Source of the DNA: Nitrospinales bacterium
Lineage (GTDB): Bacteria > Nitrospinota > Nitrospinia > Nitrospinales > VA-1
Length of the DNA stretch: 64,000 nt
Assembly: GCA_965262115.1 (NCBI GenBank)
Contig: OZ253496.1
Coordinates: forward strand, 704,001-768,000
Direction of reading: 5' to 3'
Position 1 is the stretch's first letter. Each line of letters opens with the position of its first letter. The translations under genes were made by a program, and so were the position numbers. Below, piece by piece: positions 10,579-21,238 of the stretch. Below the pieces are notes generated by a model, which worked only from the letters and a program-made list of their open reading frames with translations, was not told where the DNA came from and ran no database searches.

Positions 10579-10657
10579 GCGTGGGGCCAACTAGCCATAC
10601 TTTCACTTGCTAACCAGAAATAGCTATTGCTCATTGCCACCGGCGGCTCGCCGGTAG
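10571..10657 (+). repeat. Repeat family A copy containing the stop codons of both convergent flanking genes
   Basis: CCCACTAGGCGTGGGGCC...GCTATTGCTCATTGCCACCGGCGGCTCGCCGGTA matches the reverse complement of 35934-36034. Confidence 0.6.
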
Positions 10658-11343
10658 CGGTCTATATCGGAAAATACCCAGACGATGAATTGCAGGACGG
10701 AACGGCACACAGAACGTAATTTTTTAGTGCCCCGTTCACTCTCATTCTTGCGAAGACCTGCAAAATATTCTTCGGTCTCGGCAAAGATCATCGGCAAAAA
10801 CTTCACCGCCATTACCGAAACAGCAAGCAGGTCGCGGATGATCGGCAAACGATATGTCATGGGACCAAGCAGCTTATCCAGGCCTCCCATCCAGTCCGCC
10901 GTCGTGCGCACCAGCACCAGGGATATAAGGAGAATGTTCAGCAGTCGCGCGGAGGATTCTAGACCCAACGCCAAGCCTTCACGCGAAAGGGTGACGGGAA
11001 TCCACGCAGGCAGGTCAATATAAAACCCCGGAGTGAACAGCACAGGAAAAATCGCGATGGCCAAAAAAAACCAGGTCATGCGCCGGATGACATGAAAAAT
11101 TTCTTTAACAGGCACTCGGGCTACGAGAACTCCCAACACCGACAGCAAACCGACCACGGAGAGGGCCCAGCTATTGCCTACTCCCGCTCCTATTAACAGG
11201 AATAAAGCGGCGATGATTTTAGTTTCCGGCTTTAAGTTATGGAGAACGCTGTCACCCGCCACATAACCACCATTTTTAGTGCTGTGGATTTTCAATTGTT
11301 CGTTGATCCTTAAATCGGGATATGAAATGATACCGCTGTTCAT
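10624..11343 (-). CDS. ECF transporter transmembrane component (EcfT/CbiQ-like); start uncertain, C-terminus short
   Basis: YVAGDSVLHNLKPETK, hydrophobic helices, LVRTT, AVKFLPMIF. The longer ORF-track N-terminus overlaps the opposite-strand gene. Confidence 0.7.
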   Translation of the reverse strand: MNSGIISYPDLRINEQLKIHSTKNGGYVAGDSVLHNLKPETKIIAALFLLIGAGVGNSWALSVVGLLSVLGVLVARVPVKEIFHVIRRMTWFFLAIAIFPVLFTPGFYIDLPAWIPVTLSREGLALGLESSARLLNILLISLVLVRTTADWMGGLDKLLGPMTYRLPIIRDLLAVSVMAVKFLPMIFAETEEYFAGLRKNESERGTKKLRSVCRSVLQFIVWVFSDIDRYRRAAGGNEQ

Positions 11344-11364
11344 GAACCTTAAAATTATCAGACC

Positions 11365-12009
11365 ATGCCTATTATAAATAAAACCTGTCGCTTTGTGGAG
11401 CAGAAGCTCGCAGGTGACGGGTCTGGCCACGACTGGTGGCATATCTACCGGGTATGGAACCTGGCAAAAAATATCGCCAAACAGGAGGGGGCCAATTTGC
11501 TCATCGTTGAGTTGTCCGCCCTGCTCCACGATATTGCCGACTGGAAATTTCACGACGGTGACGACAGCAAAGGCCCGCAAATGGCAGAACAGTTCCTTAT
11601 AGATAATCAAGTGGAGCGTAAAGTGATCGACCCGGTCGTTGAAATCGTCGCCAGCATCTCTTACAAGGGTGCCGGAGTTGCCACTCCCATGCAAACACTT
11701 GAAGGCAAAGTGGTGCAAGATGCCGACCGGCTTGACGCCATTGGGGCAATGGGCATCGCCCACACTTTCGCCTATGGCGGAAACAAAAACCGTTTGATGT
11801 ATCACCCTGATGAAAAGCCAGTCATGCATCAGAGTTTTGCGGATTACAAAAAAAATACCGGGCACACCATCAACCATTTTTATGAAAAACTGCTTTTACT
11901 GAAAGACCGGATGAACACGGCCTCGGCCAAAAAGATGGCGGAAGGTAGACACCAGTTCATGCAGGCGTATCTCGATCAGTTTTATGAGGAGTGGGATGGA
12001 AAAGCTTGA
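11365..12009 (+). CDS. HD-domain phosphohydrolase (YedJ-like)
   Basis: GHDWWHIYRV, ALLHD, VQDADRLDAIGA and HFYEKLL motifs. Confidence 0.88.
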   Translation: MPIINKTCRFVEQKLAGDGSGHDWWHIYRVWNLAKNIAKQEGANLLIVELSALLHDIADWKFHDGDDSKGPQMAEQFLIDNQVERKVIDPVVEIVASISYKGAGVATPMQTLEGKVVQDADRLDAIGAMGIAHTFAYGGNKNRLMYHPDEKPVMHQSFADYKKNTGHTINHFYEKLLLLKDRMNTASAKKMAEGRHQFMQAYLDQFYEEWDGKA

Positions 12010-12823
12010 AATTCTGCACGAAGCCTCGGACCTGATTAAAAAGTCCAGACGCACACTGTTCTTAACCAGCGCCGGCATGAGCGCCGACTCCAACATCCCG
12101 ACATTCAGGGACAAGGACGGTTATTGGAGAAATTTTCCTCCCTTCAAAGACAAAAACCTGGAAGCGCAGGATCTGGCCAGCCCCTGGGCGTTTCGTAATG
12201 AATTGCCGCACGCCTGGGCTTTTTATGAATGGCGACGTCGTAACGCTCAGGAAAACCAGCCGCATGAGGGTTATCGGATCATCAACAAATGGCTTGAGGC
12301 TCAGGATGGATTCATCCACACCACCAATACCGATGGTTTGCATTTGCGATCAGGTTGCCCCGAAGACCGCATTCTTGAAGTTCACGGCTCTATGTGGCGA
12401 CTGCAATGCCTCAATACCTGCACCTACCAGTTCTGGGAAGAACTTGCGGTCCCGCTTTGCGATCTCGACACGGGTACGATGAAAGCCTCCAATTATCCAA
12501 CTTGCAAAAGTTGCCGGGGAATCGCCCGCCCTCATATCCTGATGTTTGGAGACGGGGAATACACGGGGCACCCTGAACAGGAAGGAAGTTTTAAGAGGTT
12601 TGTGCAGGAACCGATTGACCTGACGATTCTGGTCGGCAGTTCGGGAGCCGTTCCCACTAATGATTATATTGCTGTTCATTTCAAGGAACGGGGAACCCCG
12701 GTCATCAATATCAATCTGGACCCATCCAGCAATCGCATCGTCAACACGGATTTATTTATTGAAATGAAAGGCAAAGAGGCCTTCGCCGAACTGGATCGAA
12801 TCACTTTCGGAAGCGGCGATTGA
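11996..12823 (+). CDS. cobB: Sir2/CobB-family NAD-dependent deacylase
   Basis: TSAGMSADSNIPTFR, TTNTDGLH, EVHGS, CxxC zinc pairs, RPHILMFGD and VGSS motifs. Confidence 0.8.
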   Translation: MEKLEILHEASDLIKKSRRTLFLTSAGMSADSNIPTFRDKDGYWRNFPPFKDKNLEAQDLASPWAFRNELPHAWAFYEWRRRNAQENQPHEGYRIINKWLEAQDGFIHTTNTDGLHLRSGCPEDRILEVHGSMWRLQCLNTCTYQFWEELAVPLCDLDTGTMKASNYPTCKSCRGIARPHILMFGDGEYTGHPEQEGSFKRFVQEPIDLTILVGSSGAVPTNDYIAVHFKERGTPVININLDPSSNRIVNTDLFIEMKGKEAFAELDRITFGSGD

Positions 12824-12968
12824 CCTCTGCCCTTTCTGCGGCATAAATTAGTGGCTAGATTTTATGTTTCCGTGAGTTGCCAATTTATAGTATCCTCACT
12901 CTCAAGCTAACGTAGATGAAACAGTTGTTTCTTTAGTCCAGAAAAACTTTTCCGACCAGGAGTTTAAT

Positions 12969-13604
12969 ATGCGGATCGTGCTTTTGACGTTAATGGTTTT
13001 ATTGATCCAGCCGATTCCTTCCTTCGCCAAATGTAAGCAGGCCGACATTTGCGAAATGATAAAGAAAATGGATCACTTCTCCATTCTCAACGTATGCCCA
13101 GGTTCGGGAACTATGCTTAAAGAATGCCGAAAAGTCAGTGAAGAAATACTTGAAGAGCTTGCCGAGCCGGCATTTGTGGACAACGGTGACGGAACGGTGA
13201 CCGATACCGTGAATAAACTGCGTTGGATCAAAAAAGGCGTGGTGAATAAATTAAAATTAAAAGATGCCAAGGCTTATGCGGAAGCAGAAACTTTTGCCGG
13301 AAGCTCTGATTGGCGCTTGCCCACCTTGGCAGAATTGAAAACTCTTATTTTCTCTAAGCGGGTCATCAACGCCAGCGGGAAAAAGGCCTGGATCAACCCT
13401 GTTTTTGATGATGGTCTTGGGCATTATTACTGGACCACCACCACCTGCGACCAGTTATCGGTTATAGAAGACCGCTATCAGCGAAAAATATGCCAACAAG
13501 GAAAAGGCGCCGCATGGCTGGTGCATTTCAATATCAATGCCGTCTTCTGGTTTCAGACCAGCGAAGAAAGACCTCATAGCTGGCTGGTGCAAAATGTAGA
13601 ATAG
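12969..13604 (+). CDS. Secreted DUF1566 (Lcl C-terminal) domain protein
   Basis: Signal peptide; FVDNGDGTVTD and DWRLPTLAEL motifs. Confidence 0.8.
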   Translation: MRIVLLTLMVLLIQPIPSFAKCKQADICEMIKKMDHFSILNVCPGSGTMLKECRKVSEEILEELAEPAFVDNGDGTVTDTVNKLRWIKKGVVNKLKLKDAKAYAEAETFAGSSDWRLPTLAELKTLIFSKRVINASGKKAWINPVFDDGLGHYYWTTTTCDQLSVIEDRYQRKICQQGKGAAWLVHFNINAVFWFQTSEERPHSWLVQNVE

Positions 13605-13625
13605 GCACCCATTCCCATGAGAGGG

Positions 13626-13669
13626 TGTGATATCCCCATCATTATCTTCATGCCCCGAAGGGCTAGACG
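13626..13669 (-). repeat. Repeat family B copy (IS110 target-like)
   Basis: Reverse complement reads CTAGCCCTTCGGGGCATGAAGATAATGATGGGGATATCAC. Confidence 0.6.
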
Positions 13670-13785
13670 GCCGGGAAATCTCCCTCTATTGGACTGAAGT
13701 TCAAGGAAAAAAAGAATCCTCACCCCTCTTTTCTCCATCCACATACTGAGCCATTTTTATTTCCTGAAATCCAAGCTTTCATCCT

Positions 13786-15243
13786 TTGACTGACTACCTT
13801 AATTTGAATTTTCAAAATCGCTTTATCGGTCTGGGACCAGAGTTTTATCAGGCCAAGGCTCCAGATCCCGTGACCGATCCTTATCTGGTCGATTTTTCCC
13901 CTTTAGCCGGACAATTGATAGACCTGCCACCTGAAGCTGGCGGAAACAAGGATTTCATAGATCGCTTTAGCGGGAACAACCCTATGGAGGGCGCCGAGCC
14001 CCTGGCTATGGCTTATTCGGGCCACCAGTTCGGTTCTTACAATCCCAGACTGGGAGATGGACGCGGACTCTTGCTGGGCGAGGTGCAAAACCAAAACCAG
14101 GAAATCTGGGACATTCACCTGAAGGGTGCCGGTCCCACCCGGTTTGCCCGAGGCTTTGACGGAAGGGCAACCCTCAACTCTTCTATCCGCGAGCACCTCG
14201 CAAGCGAAGCTTTAAATGGACTGGGAATTCCCACCACCCGTTCGCTAGCCGTCATTGGAATTCGCGAACTGATCTACCGACAAAAACCGGAGTTGGCGGC
14301 AATACTGGTCAGAATCGCCGATTCACATATCCGCTTTGGTAATTTCGAGTTTTTTCACTATACCGGACAGGGAAAAAATGTGGAGCGGCTGTTGGAGTTT
14401 TCTATTCAAAATTATTATCCGGATATTATCGAAGAGTCCGACCGCTATCGAATATTTTTTCAACGTACCGTTCAGCGCACCGCAAAACTTATCGCAAAAT
14501 GGCAAGCGGTGGGATTCATCCATGGCGTGATGAACACCGACAATATGTGCATCACCGGCACCACTTTTGACTATGGCCCTTATGGGTTTATGGACCGTTT
14601 TGCTCCTGATCATACCCCCAATCATTCTGACACGCATGGGCGATATGCTTACAACCAGCAACCTGAGATCGGTTTCTGGAATCTCAACAAATTAGCAGAA
14701 ACCCTCGTTGCTCTGATTGGCGCGGAGAACCTGGAAGAAGAAATGAAACAATACCAGCCGCTTTTCAATCGCTTCTATCGCGAAGAAATCGGTAAAAAAC
14801 TGGGGCTGGCTATTCTGGACTCGGAGTTCACACAACTGGTTCAGAGAATGTTCCAACTGCTTCATGAGCATCAATTTGATTACACCAACTTCTTCAGGTT
14901 TCTCGCAGACCACCCGGCGAACGGCAACAATGGCGAGTTAAAATCGTGGCTGAGTCAATACCTTGCTCTGGCTCAACGGGAAGGCACAAGCCATGAAGAA
15001 CGAAAAGCACAAATGGACTCCATTAATCCCAAGTTTATTTTGAGAAATCATTTGCTACAAACGGCTCTGGATAAAGCGCTCAAGGAATCGGATTTTTCTG
15101 AAATCGCACGCCTTAGAATCCTTTTGGAAGATCCATTCCAGGATCGACCAGAAGTTTTTGAGAAATACGGAATCGACTCTGAACACTATGCCCAGGATAC
15201 TCCGGAAACATTTCTCTGCCGACAAACCAGTTGTTCAGCATAA
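13786..15243 (+). CDS. selO: SelO/YdiU protein adenylyltransferase
   Basis: YSGHQFG..LGDGRG, LKGAGPT, DGRA, GFIHGVMNTDN and DYGP motifs; C-terminal SCSA. Confidence 0.9.
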   Translation: MTDYLNLNFQNRFIGLGPEFYQAKAPDPVTDPYLVDFSPLAGQLIDLPPEAGGNKDFIDRFSGNNPMEGAEPLAMAYSGHQFGSYNPRLGDGRGLLLGEVQNQNQEIWDIHLKGAGPTRFARGFDGRATLNSSIREHLASEALNGLGIPTTRSLAVIGIRELIYRQKPELAAILVRIADSHIRFGNFEFFHYTGQGKNVERLLEFSIQNYYPDIIEESDRYRIFFQRTVQRTAKLIAKWQAVGFIHGVMNTDNMCITGTTFDYGPYGFMDRFAPDHTPNHSDTHGRYAYNQQPEIGFWNLNKLAETLVALIGAENLEEEMKQYQPLFNRFYREEIGKKLGLAILDSEFTQLVQRMFQLLHEHQFDYTNFFRFLADHPANGNNGELKSWLSQYLALAQREGTSHEERKAQMDSINPKFILRNHLLQTALDKALKESDFSEIARLRILLEDPFQDRPEVFEKYGIDSEHYAQDTPETFLCRQTSCSA

Positions 15244-15276
15244 CAAGGCAATCTTATAGATTGCAGAAAGGAAGCA

Positions 15277-15507
15277 ATGATTCTGTTAGATGGAGAAATC
15301 ACCGAGATCAATACTCCCCCCAATAAGGCCGACCAGTTTCGGGAACTCACCATCTGGGTTCCTGAAACAGGAGAACATGTGGAGTTGACGTGCTATGTTC
15401 ATGAGCTCCAAAAGTCAGGCTTGGAAGAAGGCAACAAGATTTCCATTAAAATTGAAAAGAAATTCGATGTTGACTCTCTGACCCGCGACTTGCTGAAACC
15501 ACAATAG
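15277..15507 (+). CDS. Small hypothetical protein
   Basis: ATG with upstream AAGGAA; fills the gap co-directionally. Confidence 0.6.
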   Translation: MILLDGEITEINTPPNKADQFRELTIWVPETGEHVELTCYVHELQKSGLEEGNKISIKIEKKFDVDSLTRDLLKPQ

Positions 15508-15610
15508 GTTCGAGAAAGCATCGGGAAACATCAGGAAATGCCAGCGTGGCTTTTAGTTTTCCTTCTTGATAGTATAGTTGCTAAATAAACTGAAAGCTCG
15601 ACCCATATTT

Positions 15611-16606
15611 ATGAGCAAAATAAAAGAACTCGGCGAATTTGGGCTCATCCATCACCTTTCTTCACACTTGAAATTCCGCGCATCCGATTCTGTTCTGGGT
15701 ATCGGAGATGACTGTGCGGTTTACCCGGTTAAATCCGGGGCCTATGAAATCATCTCCACGGATGCCATGGTTGAGGGCATCCATTTTAAACTTTCCACTA
15801 CAACTCCCGAGGCTCTGGGCCGAAAAGCCCTGTCTGTCAGCCTCAGTGACATCGCGGCCATGGGGGGAACTCCCAAAAGGGCGCTGGTGACATTGGGAAT
15901 TTCAAAAAAGATTTCAGTGTCGTTTCTTGACAGGCTGTATGCCGGATTCAACGAAGTATGCAATCAGTTCAAGGTGGAAGTCGTCGGCGGAGATACCGTC
16001 TCCTCCCCAAAATGTTTTTTCATAAATGTTTCAGTCATCGGTGAAGCAAAACGCATTTTCACTCGCCGGGGTGCCAGACCGGGTGACCTCATTTTCGTGA
16101 CAGGGACATTGGGCGACTCAAGTCTGGCATTAAAACTGCTCAACAAAAAGAAAAAAGGCGATTATAAATTTCTGATCGGGAGGCACCTGGACCCAACGCC
16201 TAGAGTCCATGAAGCCGGCCTCCTGGCCCGTTCCAGAATAAATATTACCTCAATGATAGATATCAGTGACGGCTTGGTCCAGGACCTTTACCATATTTGC
16301 AAAGCCTCCAAGGTAGGCGCCCAAATTTACGAAGCCCGGTTGCCCCAATCCCCGGAGTTTTCACGGATCTGTAGCGAGGATTCGATCTCCCCTCTTCCAC
16401 TCCTTTTGAATGGCGGAGAGGATTATGAATTACTGTTTACTTTACCTGCTGATGGTGTTAAAAATTTAAACAGGCAGTTTTTAAAGGCTAACGCGCTTGT
16501 TACGCAAATCGGGGAGATCGTTCTCAAACCCAGGAAAGTATCACTGGAAATGAGAGATGGGACGACGAAGACCCTTCCACAGTCAGAGGGCTTCAATCAT
16601 TTTTAA
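15611..16606 (+). CDS. thiL: Thiamine-monophosphate kinase
   Basis: LGEFGLI, GIGDDCA, LSDIAAMGG, GGDT, IDISDGL and GGEDYELLFT motifs. Confidence 0.93.
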   Translation: MSKIKELGEFGLIHHLSSHLKFRASDSVLGIGDDCAVYPVKSGAYEIISTDAMVEGIHFKLSTTTPEALGRKALSVSLSDIAAMGGTPKRALVTLGISKKISVSFLDRLYAGFNEVCNQFKVEVVGGDTVSSPKCFFINVSVIGEAKRIFTRRGARPGDLIFVTGTLGDSSLALKLLNKKKKGDYKFLIGRHLDPTPRVHEAGLLARSRINITSMIDISDGLVQDLYHICKASKVGAQIYEARLPQSPEFSRICSEDSISPLPLLLNGGEDYELLFTLPADGVKNLNRQFLKANALVTQIGEIVLKPRKVSLEMRDGTTKTLPQSEGFNHF

Positions 16607-16712
16607 GTTTAACAGCGATGGTTTACCCTTCCCAGATGTGCAAATTGCCAAATCGAGTTATCGTGCAATTTGGTTCACAAACGCCAGCCAAGCTTGAGGT
16701 TTCTTAAAAACT

Positions 16713-18014
16713 TTGGACGATTCATTATTATCCCGTTCACTACTACTGGTATTTCTACTTCTGTGTTCGGCCTTTTTTTCAGCCTGTGAGGTCGCCTATT
16801 TTTCTCTAAACCCTCTTCAACTGAATGAGATGTCAGAGAAAAAAGGACGCATGGGCCGAATTGTAAATTCCCTCCTGGCAAAACCACGCGAACTGCTCAT
16901 CACCATTTATATCGGTAATGAGTTCGTAAATATTGCTATTTCCGTCGTGATCACCTCCATAGCGATCAACCTTTTTGGAAGCATCGGTGTGGGCATCGCC
17001 ATTGGGCTCGGTACTTTGCTCCTGCTGATTTTTGGCGATATCATCCCAAAGAGTATTTCAATAAAATTTGCCCAACCCTACGCCTTGTTTTCGGCATATC
17101 CTTTAAAAGCCTTTGCCAAGCTTGTTCAGCCCGCCCAGAAACTGTTTTCTATTTGGACAGAAAAGATCATCGGATCCATGGGAATCCTGCCACATAGACT
17201 AAAAGAATCCCCCATCACCGATGAAGAGTTCCGGGCCATGGTTCAGGTGGGCGAAGGGGAAGGTGTTATCGATTCCGATGAAAGAGAGTTGATCCAGAAT
17301 GTTATAGAGTTTGGTGAAACCACTGTGGCGGAAATCATGACCCCGAAAATAGATATGTTCACCGTAAACATTGAGGACAGTCTGAATAATATTCTGCCCC
17401 GGATCATTGAAAATTTTTATTCCCGGGTTCCTGTATATGGAGTGGACGAAGAAGGCATTCTGGGAATTTTGTTTACCAAAGACCTGACACGGCACAAACA
17501 TGTGCCTCGGGAAAAAATAAGCTTGAAAAGCATTCTGCATCCCACCGTTTCGGTCCCGCAGTCAAAAAAGATCAAAGAAATGCTGGAAGAATTCAGGAAA
17601 CTGAAAAGGCATATGGCCATCGTTCTGGATGAATACGGAAGCGTCTGCGGGCTGGTCACGCTGGAAGATGTCATTGAGGAACTGGTTGGAGAAATTGACA
17701 GCGAAATGCGGCAGGAAGAACTCCCACTAAAGAAACTGAGTGAAAACCATTATCGCATTGCCGGCGCTTATAGCCTGGCAGAATTTAATGAAAGCTTTCA
17801 GAGCAAACTACCTGAGAACGATTACGACACAGTGGGCGGCTATGTTTTCGGCCTCTTTGGCCGAATTCCCCGGTCAGGCGAATCAACCACCGTAGACAGG
17901 TTCAAATTACGTGTCCAAAAAATGAAGGGATCAAGAATCCTGAATCTTTACCTCACCCTTATGGGTCCCCGTCCATTGCCGGATAAAGAGCAAGCTGAGG
18001 TTCCCGAAGACTAA
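16713..18014 (+). CDS. CNNM/DUF21-CBS-CorC hemolysin-family protein
   Basis: SAFFSACEVA, GDIIPK, CBS pair, VLDEYG and TLEDVIEELVGEI motifs. Confidence 0.88.
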   Translation: MDDSLLSRSLLLVFLLLCSAFFSACEVAYFSLNPLQLNEMSEKKGRMGRIVNSLLAKPRELLITIYIGNEFVNIAISVVITSIAINLFGSIGVGIAIGLGTLLLLIFGDIIPKSISIKFAQPYALFSAYPLKAFAKLVQPAQKLFSIWTEKIIGSMGILPHRLKESPITDEEFRAMVQVGEGEGVIDSDERELIQNVIEFGETTVAEIMTPKIDMFTVNIEDSLNNILPRIIENFYSRVPVYGVDEEGILGILFTKDLTRHKHVPREKISLKSILHPTVSVPQSKKIKEMLEEFRKLKRHMAIVLDEYGSVCGLVTLEDVIEELVGEIDSEMRQEELPLKKLSENHYRIAGAYSLAEFNESFQSKLPENDYDTVGGYVFGLFGRIPRSGESTTVDRFKLRVQKMKGSRILNLYLTLMGPRPLPDKEQAEVPED

Positions 18015-19294
18015 TGGACTTTGCAACAACACTCATACTGGTATTGCTGGGAATACTGCTGGAAGCATTTTTTTCCGGTTCAGAAATCGGCATGGTTTCT
18101 GTAAACCGGATAAAAATGAAGCAACTTGTCGAAGATGGAAATTCGGCCGCTCGATCCGTCTTGAAATTACTCGATAATCCTGAACGGCTCTTCACCACAA
18201 CCTCACTGGGGACCAATTTAGCGATGGTGACCAGCACCGCTATATTCACCGCGTTCATGGTCACACATTTTGGAGATTCCGGGGAATGGATGGCCATGCT
18301 GATTATTTCGCCCCTGATATTTTTTGTGGGTGAAATCATTCCCAAAGTTATTTTTCAGCACCGCGCCGATTCCCTCATGTTGTTTATGGTTTATCCGCTT
18401 ATTTTTTTCTATAAAATACTGGCCCCGTTTACATCCTGGTTATCAAAAACATCGGCGAAAGTCACCAGTCGCGTGCAGTTGGCCTCTACGGAAGAGCATA
18501 AGACCTTCAGCCGGGATCAGCTTAGGGGGGTATTGAGCCTGGAGTCGCAGACCGTTGATTTAGGAGTGACGGAAAAGAAAATCATTCACAATATTTTCAA
18601 CTTCGGAGAACTTCGGGCTGAACATTGCATGGTTCCTCTAATTCAAATGATCGTCATAAGGGATACCGCTACGATGCAGGAGGCACATGATGTCGCAAAC
18701 GATTCCGGTTTTTCGCGCGTCCCCGTTTTTCATGAAAGAATGTATAACCTAATTGGAATTTTAAACACCTTCGACCTTTTGGGCCAACCTGTTGACAACA
18801 CCCCTATCACCAGTCTCATCCGGCCTGCCTATTATATTCCCCCGATCAAAAAAATTGATGATCTTCTCAAGGAACTTCAGCAAAGGGGTTTGCACATGGC
18901 CATCGTGGTGGATGAATATGGAGGATGTATCGGCTTGATAACGATCGAGGATCTGCTGGAAAAAATTGTCGGCGAAATCGAAGATGAATACGACAAGCTC
19001 GAGAAAACCTATGAGCCCTATGCAGACGGGGGATACCTTGTGGATGGGAGCACAGAAATAAGCGTTCTCAACGATACCCTCAACTGGGATCTTCCCGGTG
19101 GGGACTTCGAAACCCTTGCAGGTTTGGCCATTGACCGGTTGGAAAGAATCCCCAACTCCGGCGACCAAGTCGTGGTGGGTTCCTACCGAATAACCGTTAA
19201 AGAAGCCAGTAAGCGAAAAATTCAATCCCTGATCATCCGCAAACTGGATCCGTCACAGAAAACCAGCACTAACGGAAAAACTCCGGCCTCTTAA
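18014..19294 (+). CDS. Second CNNM/DUF21-CBS-CorC hemolysin-family protein
   Basis: AFFSGSE, GEIIPK, FSRVPV and VVDEYGG motifs; start overlaps the preceding stop. Confidence 0.88.
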   Translation: MDFATTLILVLLGILLEAFFSGSEIGMVSVNRIKMKQLVEDGNSAARSVLKLLDNPERLFTTTSLGTNLAMVTSTAIFTAFMVTHFGDSGEWMAMLIISPLIFFVGEIIPKVIFQHRADSLMLFMVYPLIFFYKILAPFTSWLSKTSAKVTSRVQLASTEEHKTFSRDQLRGVLSLESQTVDLGVTEKKIIHNIFNFGELRAEHCMVPLIQMIVIRDTATMQEAHDVANDSGFSRVPVFHERMYNLIGILNTFDLLGQPVDNTPITSLIRPAYYIPPIKKIDDLLKELQQRGLHMAIVVDEYGGCIGLITIEDLLEKIVGEIEDEYDKLEKTYEPYADGGYLVDGSTEISVLNDTLNWDLPGGDFETLAGLAIDRLERIPNSGDQVVVGSYRITVKEASKRKIQSLIIRKLDPSQKTSTNGKTPAS

Positions 19295-20013
19295 AATTTT
19301 CTAACCATTTCCAGCTCTTTATAAGCCGACTGAATCTCAAGAAACTTCTGGTGGGCCTCATGAACTGTCTGTTCATCCATTGTGGCAACCCGGTCGGGAT
19401 GGCACTGGCTGGCCAGTTTTCGGTAGGCTTTTTTGATTTCATCATTCGAAGCGTCAGAAGAAAGTCCCAATATATAGTAAGGGGTTCTAAAGGGTTCCAG
19501 TGAATACTTCTCTCTGATTTCGTTATGTTGGTCATACGACAGCCCCAACTGCAACCCGACTTTTTTTATCAGCGATTGGGTTTCTTCACCTACGGCATTC
19601 TCAATTAAATTAATCTGATAGCATAGGGCGAGGAGCAAAAGATTGTAGTTGTTCTGACAAGATTTTTTATACTCACCTATGAACCGGTCAATATCCGGTT
19701 TTTTGGACTGAACTTCCTTGATCAATCGATCCAGTGATTTTAAATCCGGGGGGCTATAGCCCAGGTTCTTCATAAAAAATTTATGAATCACCTCCACCTG
19801 TTTCGGGCTTAATGCTCCCGCCTCCATAGCCACCCGCGTTAAAATGACGACCAGAGATGTTATAAATTCACCCTCACGGATAATGCCGGGCAAATTTTCA
19901 TGCAGTTTTTTCTGGAGTTTTTTACCTAAAAAATGTTCAATGGTGCCGCCAATAACGGCACCCAAAGGGCCGCCACGTAAAAAACCCAAACCTGCACCCA
20001 TCCACCATGACAT
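19291..20013 (-). CDS. DjlA-like co-chaperone (TerB domain plus C-terminal J domain)
   Basis: N-terminal [15 protein letters not shown] domain YYILGL...[12 protein letters not shown]. Confidence 0.8.
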   Translation of the reverse strand: MSWWMGAGLGFLRGGPLGAVIGGTIEHFLGKKLQKKLHENLPGIIREGEFITSLVVILTRVAMEAGALSPKQVEVIHKFFMKNLGYSPPDLKSLDRLIKEVQSKKPDIDRFIGEYKKSCQNNYNLLLLALCYQINLIENAVGEETQSLIKKVGLQLGLSYDQHNEIREKYSLEPFRTPYYILGLSSDASNDEIKKAYRKLASQCHPDRVATMDEQTVHEAHQKFLEIQSAYKELEMVRKF

Positions 20014-20146
20014 ATAAAGTGTTCCACTCACAAAATGAAAACGGGCACTATACCACAAACAGGGCCCCGCACCCCCTTACATCAGAAAGCTCAAAAAAGT
20101 GGCAGGTAAGCACAAACACAAAACAACCCACTGGAGGAAGCAATTG

Positions 20147-20437
20147 ATGGTCAAACACATTGTTATGTTCAAACTGGCAGAAAAGAATCAGGAAAACCGG
20201 GACCAAGCCATCACCGCCCTCAACAGCCTGAGGGGAAATATTGAAACTTTGAAGTTTTTAGAGCTGGGAACTGATTTTTTAAGCTCCGAAAGAAGCTACG
20301 ATATCGTTCTTACCGCTTTTTTTGACGATCGTGAGGGTTTGAAAGTATATGCGAGCCATAAAAACCATTTACCCGTTGTTGAGAAAATGCGTTCACTCTG
20401 TTCCTCATCCATTGTCGTGGACTATGAAACGGAATAA
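20147..20437 (+). CDS. Dabb (stress-responsive alpha/beta barrel) protein
   Basis: MVKHIVMFK, YASHKNH and VVDY motifs; RBS GGAGG. Confidence 0.85.
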   Translation: MVKHIVMFKLAEKNQENRDQAITALNSLRGNIETLKFLELGTDFLSSERSYDIVLTAFFDDREGLKVYASHKNHLPVVEKMRSLCSSSIVVDYETE

Positions 20438-20621
20438 CGTTGGCTTTCCCAGTAGAAAGCAGTTTTTTTATGCCATCTGGGCAAATAAATTGTTGTACTT
20501 TATTTTCCCAAATGCTAAGGTTCAAAGAATTTTTATCCAGCCATGGGTAAAATGCAAAGGTTTTTGAGTTACCTGCCCGAATGTATTCAGTATAGGGTTC
20601 CCTAATATAGGAGATTCGGCA

Positions 20622-21230
20622 ATGGCAACGAAAAAAAAGGCGGCAAAAAAAAAGACTTATGTAAAGAAGAAAGTTGTGACTAAAAAGAAAGCAAAGGCCA
20701 AGAAAACTGCAAAAAAGGCCGCTAAGAAGAAGGTTACGAAAAAAACTGCAGCAAAAAAAGCGTCGCCTAAAAAGAAGACCAAGGCCTCACCTGCGAAAAC
20801 CGCCTCAACAAAAAAGAAAACCAAGGGCTCAAAAACCAATATTGAACCGGGCAAGTTACGCTTGGTCAGACAGGAACATCCTCAACTGGATCCTGCGGTT
20901 CTCAAAATCCTTGAACGGCTTATTGCCAACCGGGGAGAATTATTGAAATTGATTCGGGCTTCACAATCTGTGGAGCGCGATGCTGGAGATTTGACATTCA
21001 GTAACGAAATTGATCTTGCCTCAAGTCTTGAGGGAAGAGAAATGATTTTTCAATTGACCAGCAGGGATCGCAATGAACTTAAGTTGATTGAAGAAGCGTT
21101 ATTCAGAATAAACAACGGTAGTTACGGGGAATGTGAATCCTGCGAAAAAAAGATCACCTTGAAGCGTCTTCAAATTATGCCATTGACCACTTTATGTATT
21201 GAGTGCCAGGAGGCCGCCGAGAATCTTTAA
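20622..21230 (+). CDS. dksA: DksA/TraR C4 zinc-finger protein with Lys/Ala-rich N-terminus
   Basis: ALFRINNGSYGECESC...RL..MP...LCIECQ motif. Confidence 0.75.
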   Translation: MATKKKAAKKKTYVKKKVVTKKKAKAKKTAKKAAKKKVTKKTAAKKASPKKKTKASPAKTASTKKKTKGSKTNIEPGKLRLVRQEHPQLDPAVLKILERLIANRGELLKLIRASQSVERDAGDLTFSNEIDLASSLEGREMIFQLTSRDRNELKLIEEALFRINNGSYGECESCEKKITLKRLQIMPLTTLCIECQEAAENL

Positions 21231-21238
21231 CCGCGCCT

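Noticed and set aside
15220..15243. Possible selenocysteine at the SelO C-terminus
   Set aside because: The protein ends CSA followed by TAA; there is no in-frame TGA.
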